From assembly GCA_032718475.1 (NCBI GenBank), contig JAUCBJ010002587.1, positions 62,001 to 126,000 of the forward strand: 64,000 bases of DNA. The letters are read 5' to 3'. The notes beneath the pieces are model-generated. The model did not search any database. It saw only the letters and a list, made by a program, of their open reading frames with translations, and was not told where the DNA came from. This document shows positions 53,733-63,665 of the stretch, piece after piece (within the stretch, counting starts at the first letter, position 1; every line of letters starts with the position of its first letter). Source of the stretch: Nemertoderma westbladi (taxonomy: Eukaryota > Animalia > Xenacoelomorpha). A program made the translations under genes and the position numbers.

Positions 53733-54863
53733 CTGGCTGTTATCTTTGTTGACTTCTTCAAGGCCTTTGATTCAGTCTCTCGCTCACGTATGTTCAGCAT
53801 ACTTTCATTATATGGGATTCCTGATGAAATTATTGCAGCAATCAGATCAGTATACGATGGTTCGACAACATTTGTGTCTACTGTTGACGGTGACACAGAA
53901 CCATTTGAAGTGTTATGGGGCGTCCTCCAAGGAGACACACTTGCACCATTCTTGTTCATTATTGTGGTTGACTATGTTCTACGCATGTCCTTAGATCATC
54001 ATAATGATGATGGGGTGATGATAACTCCACCTACTGGCTCCAGAAGTCGAGGAAATCCTGCCAAGTACCTAACTGATCTAGACTTTGCTGATGACTTAGG
54101 AGTACTCTCAGAATCATTAGAGGGAGCCCAACGGCTCCTCAGCTCATTAGAACATGCTGCTTCTAGTGTTGGTCTTTTTATTAACTCCAGAAAGACCAAA
54201 ATTCTGACAGTTAACTTTGAAAGTCCTCAGCAAGTCTCTGATCGGATGAGCATAAGCTCAAAGGATGGTATGCTTGAGCATGTGGACGACTTCTGTTACC
54301 TGGGATCATGGATCCGGAAGTCAGGTGAGGACCTTCGAATACGTAAGGGAAAGGCATGGGCAGCCTTGAATAGGCTTTCCAGGATTTGGAAGTCACCGAG
54401 AATTAATCGGAAACTTAAGGTCCGATTATTTAGAGCAGCAGTAGTTCCAGTACTCCTCTATGGGAGTCCATGCTGGGCTCTAACTGCTGAGGACACCAAA
54501 TCTCTGGATGGCACATTCACAAGAATGCTACGCCGGGTTCATTGTGTCAAGTACAATGCACACATCTCCAACCAGACACTATATAACATTGGAGGTGTCT
54601 CATTGGTTCCCCCAAGCTTGACACTAGAACAAAATCGCCTCCGCTTTGCAGGACATTGCTTTCGCCGTGAGGACCAGCCAGTGCATAATCTTGTACTTTG
54701 GCAGCCTCATGGAGTGAATAAGCATGGTGGACAGCCCATGACTTTCTTGAGACGCATCTTAAAGGACACTGGCCTTAAAGATGCGGATGATCTAGCAAAT
54801 GTCATGGGTGATAGGGAGTTGTGGCGGTGCAATTTTGTTGACAAGCCGGCACAGCATTCTTAA
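53733..54863 (+). pseudogene. Non-LTR reverse transcriptase, C-terminal part (no endonuclease, 5' truncated)
   Basis: Motifs VDFFKAFDSV, GVLQGDTLAPFLF, FADD, GLFINSRKTK, FCYLGS, LLYGSPCW and RLRFAGHCFR; no C-terminal CCHC, as in RTE-type elements. Confidence 0.9.
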
Positions 54864-54897
54864 AAATGCAGCTGCAATGCAGCATGCCGATCCTAGT
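53733..54897 (+). mobile_element. 5'-truncated non-LTR retrotransposon (RTE-like LINE) nested antisense in the BEL/Pao element
   Basis: RT fragment starts abruptly at the VIFVDFFKAFDS motif. Short 3' UTR with TGCA-type repeats. AGGACTAT at 53725-53732 and 54898-54905 is a candidate TSD. Confidence 0.8.
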
Positions 54898-55370
54898 AGG
54901 ACTATAGCCACAATACTCGACTATACCAAACCCACAGGTTTGATAATCGAACATCACACTTCACTGCAAACTACTGAGTGGGGTCCATGTACGCCTCTGG
55001 TGCTACTAACCTTTAGCACCTTAGTTGCACTGTTGGCACCAATCTGTGGAAGTTGCTAAACTCAATTTACACTCCTACGTAATATAGCCGTCACCATGGT
55101 TTCTAAATGCTATTTTCCAGGCTTCACGACTTTTCAAATTACTGTATATCTATAGACGAATTCTAAAACGCGTCTATACACAGCGTCTGGAATTGTCTTG
55201 GGTTCACTTCTAATTTTTTAAATTTTTAAATTTTCCAAAAATTTTGAAAATAAAATTTTGTTTTTGATACCCACCAGACAAAACTCAACGCAAATCACTG
55301 CAAACCCGCTCCTATGCATTTCCTTGTATTTGCATACGAGGAATGCATACGAAGTGAGTTGCATCCAACG

Positions 55371-58300
55371 CTAATTCTGTTTAGAGGCAGGAGACAAATT
55401 ATAATCTCCTGTCTCGATACGTGTCTCCTCTAATAACACGATATCTTGGACCGGTCGGTCCAAGGTGTGTAAACCATTAGTTTTACACTTCTTTGGGTGC
55501 GGACACTTGCACCTAATTTTCACAGTGACTGTGCGCACTATGTTTTGCACGTCTGGGTGTGTGTGCAAGATGACACCTGTCTCCCAGTATTTTCTCTTGA
55601 CAATTGGTTCGGTTATCAATACGTAATCTCCCCTTTGGAGACTCCGAACCGTTTTGTACCACTTTGTTCTGGTAGATATGGTGGGAAGATAGTATTCCCG
55701 CCAATATTCCCAGATTGTGTACGCCACTAATTGTGTCACCTTCCAGCTTTTACGACTATATAGGTCGGCACTAACGGGTTCTGATGCCGGCACAAGAAAT
55801 GCTGGACTCTGCATTAACAAATGATTCGGCGTTAATGCAACACCATCTGGCAACATAGCTATCGGCCTCGAGTTTAATGTATGCTCGATTTCGATGAAAG
55901 CTGTGACCAGTTCGTCGTCGGTAAGTTGTTTGTTTACAGGCAATGTTTTGGCAATGGCCTGTTTTACAGAGCGAACTAAACGCTCCCAACTTCCTCCTCT
56001 CCAAGGACTTTCTGGAGTATTAAATCTCCACTCTACTCCTAGCGGCAAAAGTGCTGCAGAAATTTCCTTATTCCGTGCCGCTTTATGAGCCGCGTTCAAC
56101 TCGCTATTCCCTCCGACAAAGTTTGTACCCTTATCAGAGTAGAACGCCTTTACTAGTCCTCTCCTGGCCATAAATCTCTTTAAGGCCAGGAGCAGAGATT
56201 TGGTCGACATGTCTGCCACACGCTCAATGTGTATGGCTCTACTAGCCATACATGTCAGTAGCAGACCCCATCGCTTGTGGGTCAGCCATCCACTCTTTGC
56301 TTCAATCGGACCAAAACAGTCCACCCCTGTGTTCGTAAAGGGTGGGTCATTTGCCTGCACTCTCGCTTCCGGGAGTTCAGCCATCTCCTGTTCCAATACT
56401 CTGGCGTTCACTCTCTTGCAAACCAGACAGGCGTCGTACATGGTGCCGACTGCCCTGCTTGGCTGCAATAGAATGAATCGCTGTCTCGCTGCCGACAGAC
56501 AGTGTAACTTTCCCGCGTGATGCAACCTCTTGTGTATATCCCATAGAATCGCTCTTTGCAATTCTATTGGGTGACTAGGGATTATCACTGGGAACCGAAA
56601 CTGTGAGTTTATGTCGACAGTCTGGATTCTCGATCTATGACAAATTAAACCCTTATGGATTAATGGACTCCATTTTCTAAGGGGTTTATAGAGAACTGGT
56701 CGTTGAGCCGATAATAGATAGAATTCTTTTGGGAAGGCACACATTTGATAATGTTTCAAATGCTTTAATTCCGCTTGATCAATCTCATCCTCTGTCAGAG
56801 GTTGTTTCAATTTCCGAATTCGCTCACTATTGGCGCTCGATGGTTCTCTCAAATGTTCCGAATGTTTTATACAAAGGTACGAAATGTATCGGCTTAACCA
56901 CGCAGTTCTTTTACAAATTGTCAGCCAAGAGGCAGACGAATTTAGTAATTTGTCATAAATACTGCATGACTCTAATGCCAGCGACGGTTGTCCGCTAACT
57001 AATGGAAGTTTCGAATCCAAACCCGCAGGTTTGGAAACCAAAGGCTCCATTTTGTCGGTCATTTTCTGTCCGTCACTTACCAACTGTGACTCTGGTTTAG
57101 TCTGTAAGGGTGGTTTTATGTCATAACTTACCCTTCCGGACCTAGTAGTCACGTAAGTCTGTTGGTCTGACAGGTCTCCGGGACGCTCCAATAACTCTTC
57201 AGGCCGCTCCAATGACTCTTCAGGCCGCTCCAATGACTTAAGTTTGGCTTTAGACTTCGACTTAGAGACTTTCTCCACCTTGACTTCTGCATCTTCAGGC
57301 ATCGGATTGGTCACTATCTTTAGTCGCTCTGGCCAATGTTCCTGTGTCCTCGTTAGAAAATCAGGTCCATGCAACCAAAACTCCTGCGACTCCTCCTGAC
57401 AGAATTCCGCCGGCATTGCACCTCTCGAAGTTATGTCGGCCGGGTTTAACACTCCCGGACAATGTCTCCATTGTTCCTTCGTCGAAAAGTCGACTATCTG
57501 AGCGCGTCTATTGGCCACAAATGTCTTTAGTGCAATATTGTCGGCCGCAATGTACACTAACACCAAGGATGCGTCCGTCCAATAAAATAAGGTCAATGTC
57601 GTATCTAACTCCTCAGTTATCTGCTTACTTACCTCGACTGAAACTACAGCCGCCTGTAACTCTGCACGAGGGACAGTCATGTATTTGACCGGCATTGTCT
57701 TTGATCTAGAAGTCACAAAGGCCGTCTCAAATTTATCCTGACTCACCTCTCGGCGAAGGTAGGCTACCATACCAAAGCCGGTGTCACTTGCGTCACTAAA
57801 CAGATGCAGTTCGAGATCAGCTGGAAATACCAGCTGATTCGGAAAGTAGGAACGGGGTACATCTATATTTTTCAATAGATGCAACTCGGCTTCCCACTCC
57901 CTCCACTGCTTTGCATGTATAGGAGATATTGGTTCGTCCCACTCTAGGTCGGACAACCAAATTTTCCTCATGCACGCTCGTGCCTGTAATATAACCGGAC
58001 TGATATAGTTCATCGGGTCAAATAGTCTACTCAAAGTCGATAAGCAAATTCTCTTTGTCAAAACTTTGTCTGGGCTACTGGGCTCAAATCTAACTCTTAC
58101 CTGGAATTTATCCGTATTCGGATTCCAAGCGAGTCCCAGTACTCGCGCCATGGGAATTGGTTCTACCCCCAATTCTATGTCTCCGCTCCCGCGATCTTTC
58201 ACCGGGAATGACTCTAATAGGGCCTCCGAGTTCGTAGTGAACTTGGTGAGAGGAAATCCCCCTGTAGCCAAGCACTCTTGCAGGCCGTGAGCCACTTCTA

Positions 58301-61300
58301 TGGCTTGTTCCGCCGTGTCCTTGGACACCAATCCGTCGTCCATGTAGAAGTTTCTCAAGATGGACTCGATAACCTCTACTGGATACTTACCAATCTGGGC
58401 TGTTGCCGTTTTCTTTAAAACAAACAGCGTGCCATTTGGACTATCGCGGGCACCAAATATCCTTACGTACATCTGGTATGTAACCACTGGGCCGGATAAG
58501 TCTTCATTCTCATACCAGAGAAAGCGAAGGCTATCCTGGTCTGCCTTACAGGCTCTTACCTGGTGGAACATCGCCTCGATGTCACAAGTAAATGCGAATC
58601 GCCGCTGTCTAAAACGTAACAGTATTCCAATCAAATAATTATTCAGGTTGGGACCATCCATCAACTCTGAATTCAGGGACATACCTCTATAGACTGCTGC
58701 GCAGTCGTTGACTACTCGGACTTTGTCAGGTTTGTCAGGGTGAGTCACATAGTGGTGTGGGAGGTAATAAGTCTGGTCTGTCACTAAGTCAGGGTCCTCT
58801 ACCTTCCCAGCAAATCCCTTGGCGAAATAGTTGTTGATCTGGGCGCAATACTTCTCCCTAATGTCTGGATTCTTCAACAACCGAGCCCTTACTCCGTTTA
58901 ATCTTTTCAAGGCTAAGTTGTAGTTGTTCTCCAACTTAGGTGGTTGTCGACGCCACAACATTCCAACTTCAAAATGTCCAGTCGGTAGTAGACGTATGGT
59001 ATCTTCCATCATCTCCAGCGACCGTTTCTCATCAGTAGACATGGCTAGGTCATATCCACCGGGTTCCATTGCGTCCCTATCCAGCCATTCGACGGTTCTG
59101 GCTCCTGTCTCAAGGTCCTGGCGTATCAATTCCTTCTGCAATTCCTCCTCACTGTACTGGAAAATGTCTAGGTCTCGATATTTAGCCACCTGACCCTCCA
59201 CTATGTCAGTATAAGTCAAAACGTTACTCAGATAGGTAGCGTGGGCCGCTGAACCAGACCCACGGGTCTGATAACAGTAGTCCTCGGGTTCACTATCTGT
59301 CCGGTCATTATGAAGTGGTTCCGACAACCTAACATTATCGGGAATCAACTCCTCGTCCGACTCGCTAAAGTCACTATAGTGGTCAATACAGGTTCTCCTA
59401 AACTCGTCTATGTCTGGTGGTTCTACTAACGGTGGTTGAGTTATAGGCTGTAATTCGTCATATCTGTCTATTGGCTTGCCGCCACCTGTAAACTCATAAG
59501 ACATGGGTACTCTTGTATACCAACCTAATATGGTCCTATGGGCATGTGGTCCATTGACATGCGGCTCAGCTGGTCTCGTTTCCCATATCTGGTGTGCGAT
59601 CAGCTGTTCTGCACCAATCAACATAGAAACATTCCTATAACCTACCTGGTGTCTGGGTATCCTGAGCTTGTCAAAATACTCCTGTGCTATGGGACTCATC
59701 GGTGGCACCTTACCTAACTGCCTGCCGAATCCCTTCATAGCTAGACACTTAAATCCGTCCAATGGCAAAGCTTTCCATTCTTGTCGAGTATGTTGGTCTC
59801 TCGGAAGTAGGGAATCTAGTTCTACAGATATCCTGTGTCCCTTGAGGTCACCTACCCCATGCATAGACTTCAACTCTATTTGGATCTCCTCAGCGTCCTG
59901 GAAGCTAGAAACAGCTCTCGCCACTTCCTCGTCGATATAAGATAATGTGGACGCAGTGTCCAACATGACATATATTCGCTTCGATCCCTTATCGCCAGTA
60001 ACTTTCACCGGATTCACGCTAAATATTTCCGACGTGGCCGATGATAGATACGTCCGCGCGCTGGTCGATGAACTATCCGCAGTGAAACCTTGGCAGGTCA
60101 CTTCTCTCGCGCTCGACTCGCCATCTTCGTCCGACGAACCTGGTTGATAACCATCGTCCTGGATGCCGGTGTACGTATTCCTTCTTATCGATACGGGTTC
60201 TTTGCTCCCCTTCCTGTGAGGATTTCGCTGTAAGTAACGGTCCGTTGGGGTATGGAAATCCGCATGTAGCAACTTGTGATGTAGTCTGCCGCATTCCATG
60301 CATCCGTCCTTGCTGTTCGGGCACTGCCGCCGTACATGACCTGGCGCAAGACATGCCCAACAGGTGTCCAACGTCCGCACTTGAACTCTTCTCTGTTCCG
60401 AAATTAATTCTTTGAACCGTCTGCAACTATCTAACTTATGGTCGTCAGATCTTACCTCCTTTAGTAAGCAGTATTGGCAACCTACAAATCCATCCGGCAA
60501 CTCCTGTTGCTTTAACCTAGGTCTATCTAACCGCTCACCTGACCATACTCGCGAGTCTGATCTAAAGGCTGGGGTACTCGAATTATATCTGTCTACTGAG
60601 TTAAATGTCACAGTGGTCCTGTCATCGTCAAAACTTACCATAGACTTACCGGTAACAGGTTTAGACTCTCTCATATTCTCCTCTGAGAAGTTTGATTTCA
60701 TCTCTGCTACTGCGTCTGTGGCTATCATGTCATGAATATGCTGAAGTGTCAACACTTTACCTTGACCCTCCAACTTATTCTCTAATTTGCGCCATTTCTG
60801 TCGGTAACGCATGTTTAAACGTCTTATTACGCTTTTTAAAACTTCGGCGTGATCACCATGATGAGGTAGATTCACCGTCCTCAAGATGTCCAATGCGTTC
60901 GAAATGGCGTTCGCTAAGTTCAACAGCTCTAACGGAGTTGTAATCCTTCCGCCCTTACCCAAGTCTTCTACTATCGACTGCGCCATCTTGGTTTTATTCC
61001 CGTAGATGTCGCTAAGCGTCTTCATCGCTAACTCGAATGCCCTTTCATTGCCGACGAAGTTGTCAGCAATGGCTCTAGGTTCTCGATGGAGCATCTGAAG
61101 CAAATAGTTGAACTTCTCGTTGGGAGTAAAGGTGCTGTTGGTTAGCTGCTCGTCGACATAGGTTTTGAAGGTCCTCCAATGCTTATGGTTGCCCATAAAC
61201 TTCTGGGGTTGTTGCGTCGGCAGTCCTTGCCTAGCAGCAAACTTACCTATGTCCCTAAGGGTTGCGTCGTTCCGGGTTAACAAATGGTTTAGTTCCGCAG

Positions 61301-62906
61301 GGTTGTTAAGTCTGGTCCTTTCCCGGTGGTTCAAACTTACCTGCTCGGCGTCCGTCCTTCTTTCCTTATAGTTTCGGGACTTCTGACGTCTCATGTCTTC
61401 CTCTTCATCGCTTGAATCGGTGTCAGTCCTTAGCGCTCGCGATGGTTTGCGCGCCGAGGCCCTGACCCAAGCCTCCTCAATAAATTTCTCGGCTGAGTTT
61501 TCGAAATTGGGATTATGAATATTCGGGACAGGCGTCCTTACCTGAGGTCTATGTGGTATAGTCTCCTCCGATATGCGTACTCGTTGACTAGGCTGGACTT
61601 TATATAACTCAGGCCTGCTAGGATTAGAATTACTTCTTACCTGGGCTGCTTCCTTTAACCGTAGGTTACTAAGCATGTCCGTTATAGGTTGGATGTGCGG
61701 CGATATAGCTTGCGCTAAACTAGCACTTAACTCATCCCTCGTAATAAATTCCTGGCTAGGGTTCTGTTGTATAGTCGGCTCTATCTGAGTAATCCGCTGT
61801 CTCTCATATGATCCCTCTTCCGGTTTAACCCGGAAGTTCTCCGTCGAACTGGGTCGGCGTTCCGTCCGCGTATTCCAAACCCGCGGGTTCGGTTCTCCCA
61901 ATACTCGGCCCGTCGGAGTTTCTTCTCTAAATTCCTCGTTGTCGCGTTCGGTGTATAGTGGTGCGGTGTTCCGATGCCGTGGAGCCTGGGCGATGGGTGA
62001 AGCACTAATACCAACTGGCGTGCGATATGTAGAGAACGGTTTAGCGATCCGTGTACTCGTAATAGCTGGACCGGGTATAGGAATTCTGGTCGTCGTCGAC
62101 TCGCGTATGGTCGGAGTTCTCGCTTCCTGTTCGGCCTTCTGCAGTGCGAACAGTTCTCGCAACTCTGTCCCTACACTCGCCCCACATTCTTCGATCATTC
62201 GCATCCCCTTCTCGGCGATTTCGTTCGCCTTCCTAGTCCGTTCTTCGCTCTCTAAACTTAATCTCGCACTTTCCAACTGCGCCAGTTTACGTTCTTCTTC
62301 TTCCCTCGCTCGTCTCGCTACGCTCTCTTCTTCCACACGCGCCTTTTCTTCATACAACGCTTGTCGCTCTTTCTCGATCTCGAGTTCGCGTTCCTTGCGT
62401 TCGCGTTCAAGTTCGAGTTCGCGTTTCTTCTGTTCGCGTTCGAGCTGGAGTTCGCATTCTTTCTGTTCGCGTTCAAGCTGGAGTTCGCGTTCCTTGCGCT
62501 CGCGTTCCGCTCGCTCACGCTTACCTTTATCTTCCAGCTCGCGCAACTTCGCGTCTAACTTACGTGTTCGCTCCCTTTCCCGCTCGGCTTCCTTCCGTGC
62601 TTCCGATGCACGCAAAACTTCCGCCTGTTGTTCGTCCAGTCGGCGTCTTCTCTCCTCCGCAGAGTTGTGAGAAACAAGGGATCTAGCACATATAACCTTC
62701 CCTCGCGCGTGACTAACCTGGGAATCGCCGCTGTCTCTGGATGCATCGTCGGGTGGAGTCAACGTCCTCTGTTGGATGTTCTCCGTCGTCAGTAGCACCT
62801 GGCCCGGTACCACCACTCCATTCTGCATCAGCCAGCTAGTAACTTCCCTCTGATACCGGCGCTCTTCTTTATCTTGGATCTCTTCCCGCTCCACTAAGTC
62901 TCTCAA
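55371..62906 (-). CDS. BEL/Pao Gag-Pol polyprotein, main part (Gag coiled coil/DUF1759-like/zinc knuckles, aspartic protease, RT, RNase H, integrase)
   Basis: FMGNHKHWRTF; CQYC..HKLDSC, CWACLAPGHVRRQC, CMECGRLHHKLLH; protease MLDTAS; RT YYLPHH, RVVNDCA, DIEAMFHQV, FYMDD; RNase H LHLFSDAS, VPRAELQAA, NPADITSRG; integrase H..H..CLVC, GVDCFGP, SDKGTNF, GGSWERLVRSVK. No ATG at the ORF boundary (TTG directly after TAG). Confidence 0.96.
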   Translation of the reverse strand: MRDLVEREEIQDKEERRYQREVTSWLMQNGVVVPGQVLLTTENIQQRTLTPPDDASRDSGDSQVSHARGKVICARSLVSHNSAEERRRRLDEQQAEVLRASEARKEAERERERTRKLDAKLRELEDKGKRERAERERKERELQLEREQKECELQLEREQKKRELELERERKERELEIEKERQALYEEKARVEEESVARRAREEEERKLAQLESARLSLESEERTRKANEIAEKGMRMIEECGASVGTELRELFALQKAEQEARTPTIRESTTTRIPIPGPAITSTRIAKPFSTYRTPVGISASPIAQAPRHRNTAPLYTERDNEEFREETPTGRVLGEPNPRVWNTRTERRPSSTENFRVKPEEGSYERQRITQIEPTIQQNPSQEFITRDELSASLAQAISPHIQPITDMLSNLRLKEAAQVRSNSNPSRPELYKVQPSQRVRISEETIPHRPQVRTPVPNIHNPNFENSAEKFIEEAWVRASARKPSRALRTDTDSSDEEEDMRRQKSRNYKERRTDAEQVSLNHRERTRLNNPAELNHLLTRNDATLRDIGKFAARQGLPTQQPQKFMGNHKHWRTFKTYVDEQLTNSTFTPNEKFNYLLQMLHREPRAIADNFVGNERAFELAMKTLSDIYGNKTKMAQSIVEDLGKGGRITTPLELLNLANAISNALDILRTVNLPHHGDHAEVLKSVIRRLNMRYRQKWRKLENKLEGQGKVLTLQHIHDMIATDAVAEMKSNFSEENMRESKPVTGKSMVSFDDDRTTVTFNSVDRYNSSTPAFRSDSRVWSGERLDRPRLKQQELPDGFVGCQYCLLKEVRSDDHKLDSCRRFKELISEQRRVQVRTLDTCWACLAPGHVRRQCPNSKDGCMECGRLHHKLLHADFHTPTDRYLQRNPHRKGSKEPVSIRRNTYTGIQDDGYQPGSSDEDGESSAREVTCQGFTADSSSTSARTYLSSATSEIFSVNPVKVTGDKGSKRIYVMLDTASTLSYIDEEVARAVSSFQDAEEIQIELKSMHGVGDLKGHRISVELDSLLPRDQHTRQEWKALPLDGFKCLAMKGFGRQLGKVPPMSPIAQEYFDKLRIPRHQVGYRNVSMLIGAEQLIAHQIWETRPAEPHVNGPHAHRTILGWYTRVPMSYEFTGGGKPIDRYDELQPITQPPLVEPPDIDEFRRTCIDHYSDFSESDEELIPDNVRLSEPLHNDRTDSEPEDYCYQTRGSGSAAHATYLSNVLTYTDIVEGQVAKYRDLDIFQYSEEELQKELIRQDLETGARTVEWLDRDAMEPGGYDLAMSTDEKRSLEMMEDTIRLLPTGHFEVGMLWRRQPPKLENNYNLALKRLNGVRARLLKNPDIREKYCAQINNYFAKGFAGKVEDPDLVTDQTYYLPHHYVTHPDKPDKVRVVNDCAAVYRGMSLNSELMDGPNLNNYLIGILLRFRQRRFAFTCDIEAMFHQVRACKADQDSLRFLWYENEDLSGPVVTYQMYVRIFGARDSPNGTLFVLKKTATAQIGKYPVEVIESILRNFYMDDGLVSKDTAEQAIEVAHGLQECLATGGFPLTKFTTNSEALLESFPVKDRGSGDIELGVEPIPMARVLGLAWNPNTDKFQVRVRFEPSSPDKVLTKRICLSTLSRLFDPMNYISPVILQARACMRKIWLSDLEWDEPISPIHAKQWREWEAELHLLKNIDVPRSYFPNQLVFPADLELHLFSDASDTGFGMVAYLRREVSQDKFETAFVTSRSKTMPVKYMTVPRAELQAAVVSVEVSKQITEELDTTLTLFYWTDASLVLVYIAADNIALKTFVANRRAQIVDFSTKEQWRHCPGVLNPADITSRGAMPAEFCQEESQEFWLHGPDFLTRTQEHWPERLKIVTNPMPEDAEVKVEKVSKSKSKAKLKSLERPEESLERPEELLERPGDLSDQQTYVTTRSGRVSYDIKPPLQTKPESQLVSDGQKMTDKMEPLVSKPAGLDSKLPLVSGQPSLALESCSIYDKLLNSSASWLTICKRTAWLSRYISYLCIKHSEHLREPSSANSERIRKLKQPLTEDEIDQAELKHLKHYQMCAFPKEFYLLSAQRPVLYKPLRKWSPLIHKGLICHRSRIQTVDINSQFRFPVIIPSHPIELQRAILWDIHKRLHHAGKLHCLSAARQRFILLQPSRAVGTMYDACLVCKRVNARVLEQEMAELPEARVQANDPPFTNTGVDCFGPIEAKSGWLTHKRWGLLLTCMASRAIHIERVADMSTKSLLLALKRFMARRGLVKAFYSDKGTNFVGGNSELNAAHKAARNKEISAALLPLGVEWRFNTPESPWRGGSWERLVRSVKQAIAKTLPVNKQLTDDELVTAFIEIEHTLNSRPIAMLPDGVALTPNHLLMQSPAFLVPASEPVSADLYSRKSWKVTQLVAYTIWEYWREYYLPTISTRTKWYKTVRSLQRGDYVLITEPIVKRKYWETGVILHTHPDVQNIVRTVTVKIRCKCPHPKKCKTNGLHTLDRPVQDIVLLEETRIETGDYNLSPASKQN

Positions 62907-63665
62907 CTATGTGTCACTCACCTGAGTCGCCTGCGCTTGTGATGCCCATAGCAGCCAGTTCTCCGTCCTAACTCGTCGGAATCGCTCCGATAACTCGCGG
63001 TGCTCCAACAAAGCTGCTAAAACCCTGTTGTAAATCCTCGTCGCCACGTCGCTCGACTGAGACTCTACTGCCTTCTTCGCTAGGACTGCAAGCTCCTCCG
63101 TCTGTTTGAATAACGCTGAGTTGTATCCTCTTCTAATCTCTACTAACTCCACCCTCCCGATGTTGGCTGAGTCAGCTAACATCTTCCTTACCTTGTCCGT
63201 CGTCCGGGTTTTATGTCCGGCATGCGCGCGAAGTTTCTTCTTTATCGCGATATCAAGTTCTCTCTCGCTTACCTGACTCACACTCGGTGGACTTGAAGGA
63301 TTATTTCGGGAACTACGGGTACTCCTTACAGCCGTCGGGACCATGGCACTTACCATACCCACAGGTCTGGAAACCGGGCTCCGGGCTCTCGCTTCTGCTA
63401 CACTACCCTCCCTATCACTCACCTCTGTCCGGGCTGCTGTGCGGTCCTTCCTTTCAGTAGTGGTAGGGGATCCTAATACTATTACCTCACCTTGTTCTTC
63501 CTCACTGGTTACTGTCTCGTCCTCCTGTTCACTTACGTCAGCGTCGCTCGCTGCGTCGTCATAGTCGGCATTGTCGTCAACAGTAATATTGACACTATCG
63601 TCAGTCGGCGGTCCTGCCGCCGTCTCATAGCTGTCCTCCAGTGCCTCCTTGTCTGAGACACTCAT
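62907..63665 (-). CDS. N-terminal Gag segment (252 aa), in frame with gag-pol and separated from it by a single TAG
   Basis: ATG at 63665 after an AT-rich leader; acidic low-complexity N-terminus followed by a helical region. The junction reads ACA TAG TTG AGA in one frame. Confidence 0.8.
   Translation of the reverse strand: MSVSDKEALEDSYETAAGPPTDDSVNITVDDNADYDDAASDADVSEQEDETVTSEEEQGEVIVLGSPTTTERKDRTAARTEVSDREGSVAEARARSPVSRPVGMVSAMVPTAVRSTRSSRNNPSSPPSVSQVSERELDIAIKKKLRAHAGHKTRTTDKVRKMLADSANIGRVELVEIRRGYNSALFKQTEELAVLAKKAVESQSSDVATRIYNRVLAALLEHRELSERFRRVRTENWLLWASQAQATQVSDT

Noticed and set aside
49748-63564. Many short antisense or alternate-frame ORFs overlapping the retroelement ORFs (e.g. 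61939-62670 +)
   Set aside because: Shadow ORFs of long coding frames and of the repetitive coiled-coil codons; no independent motifs.
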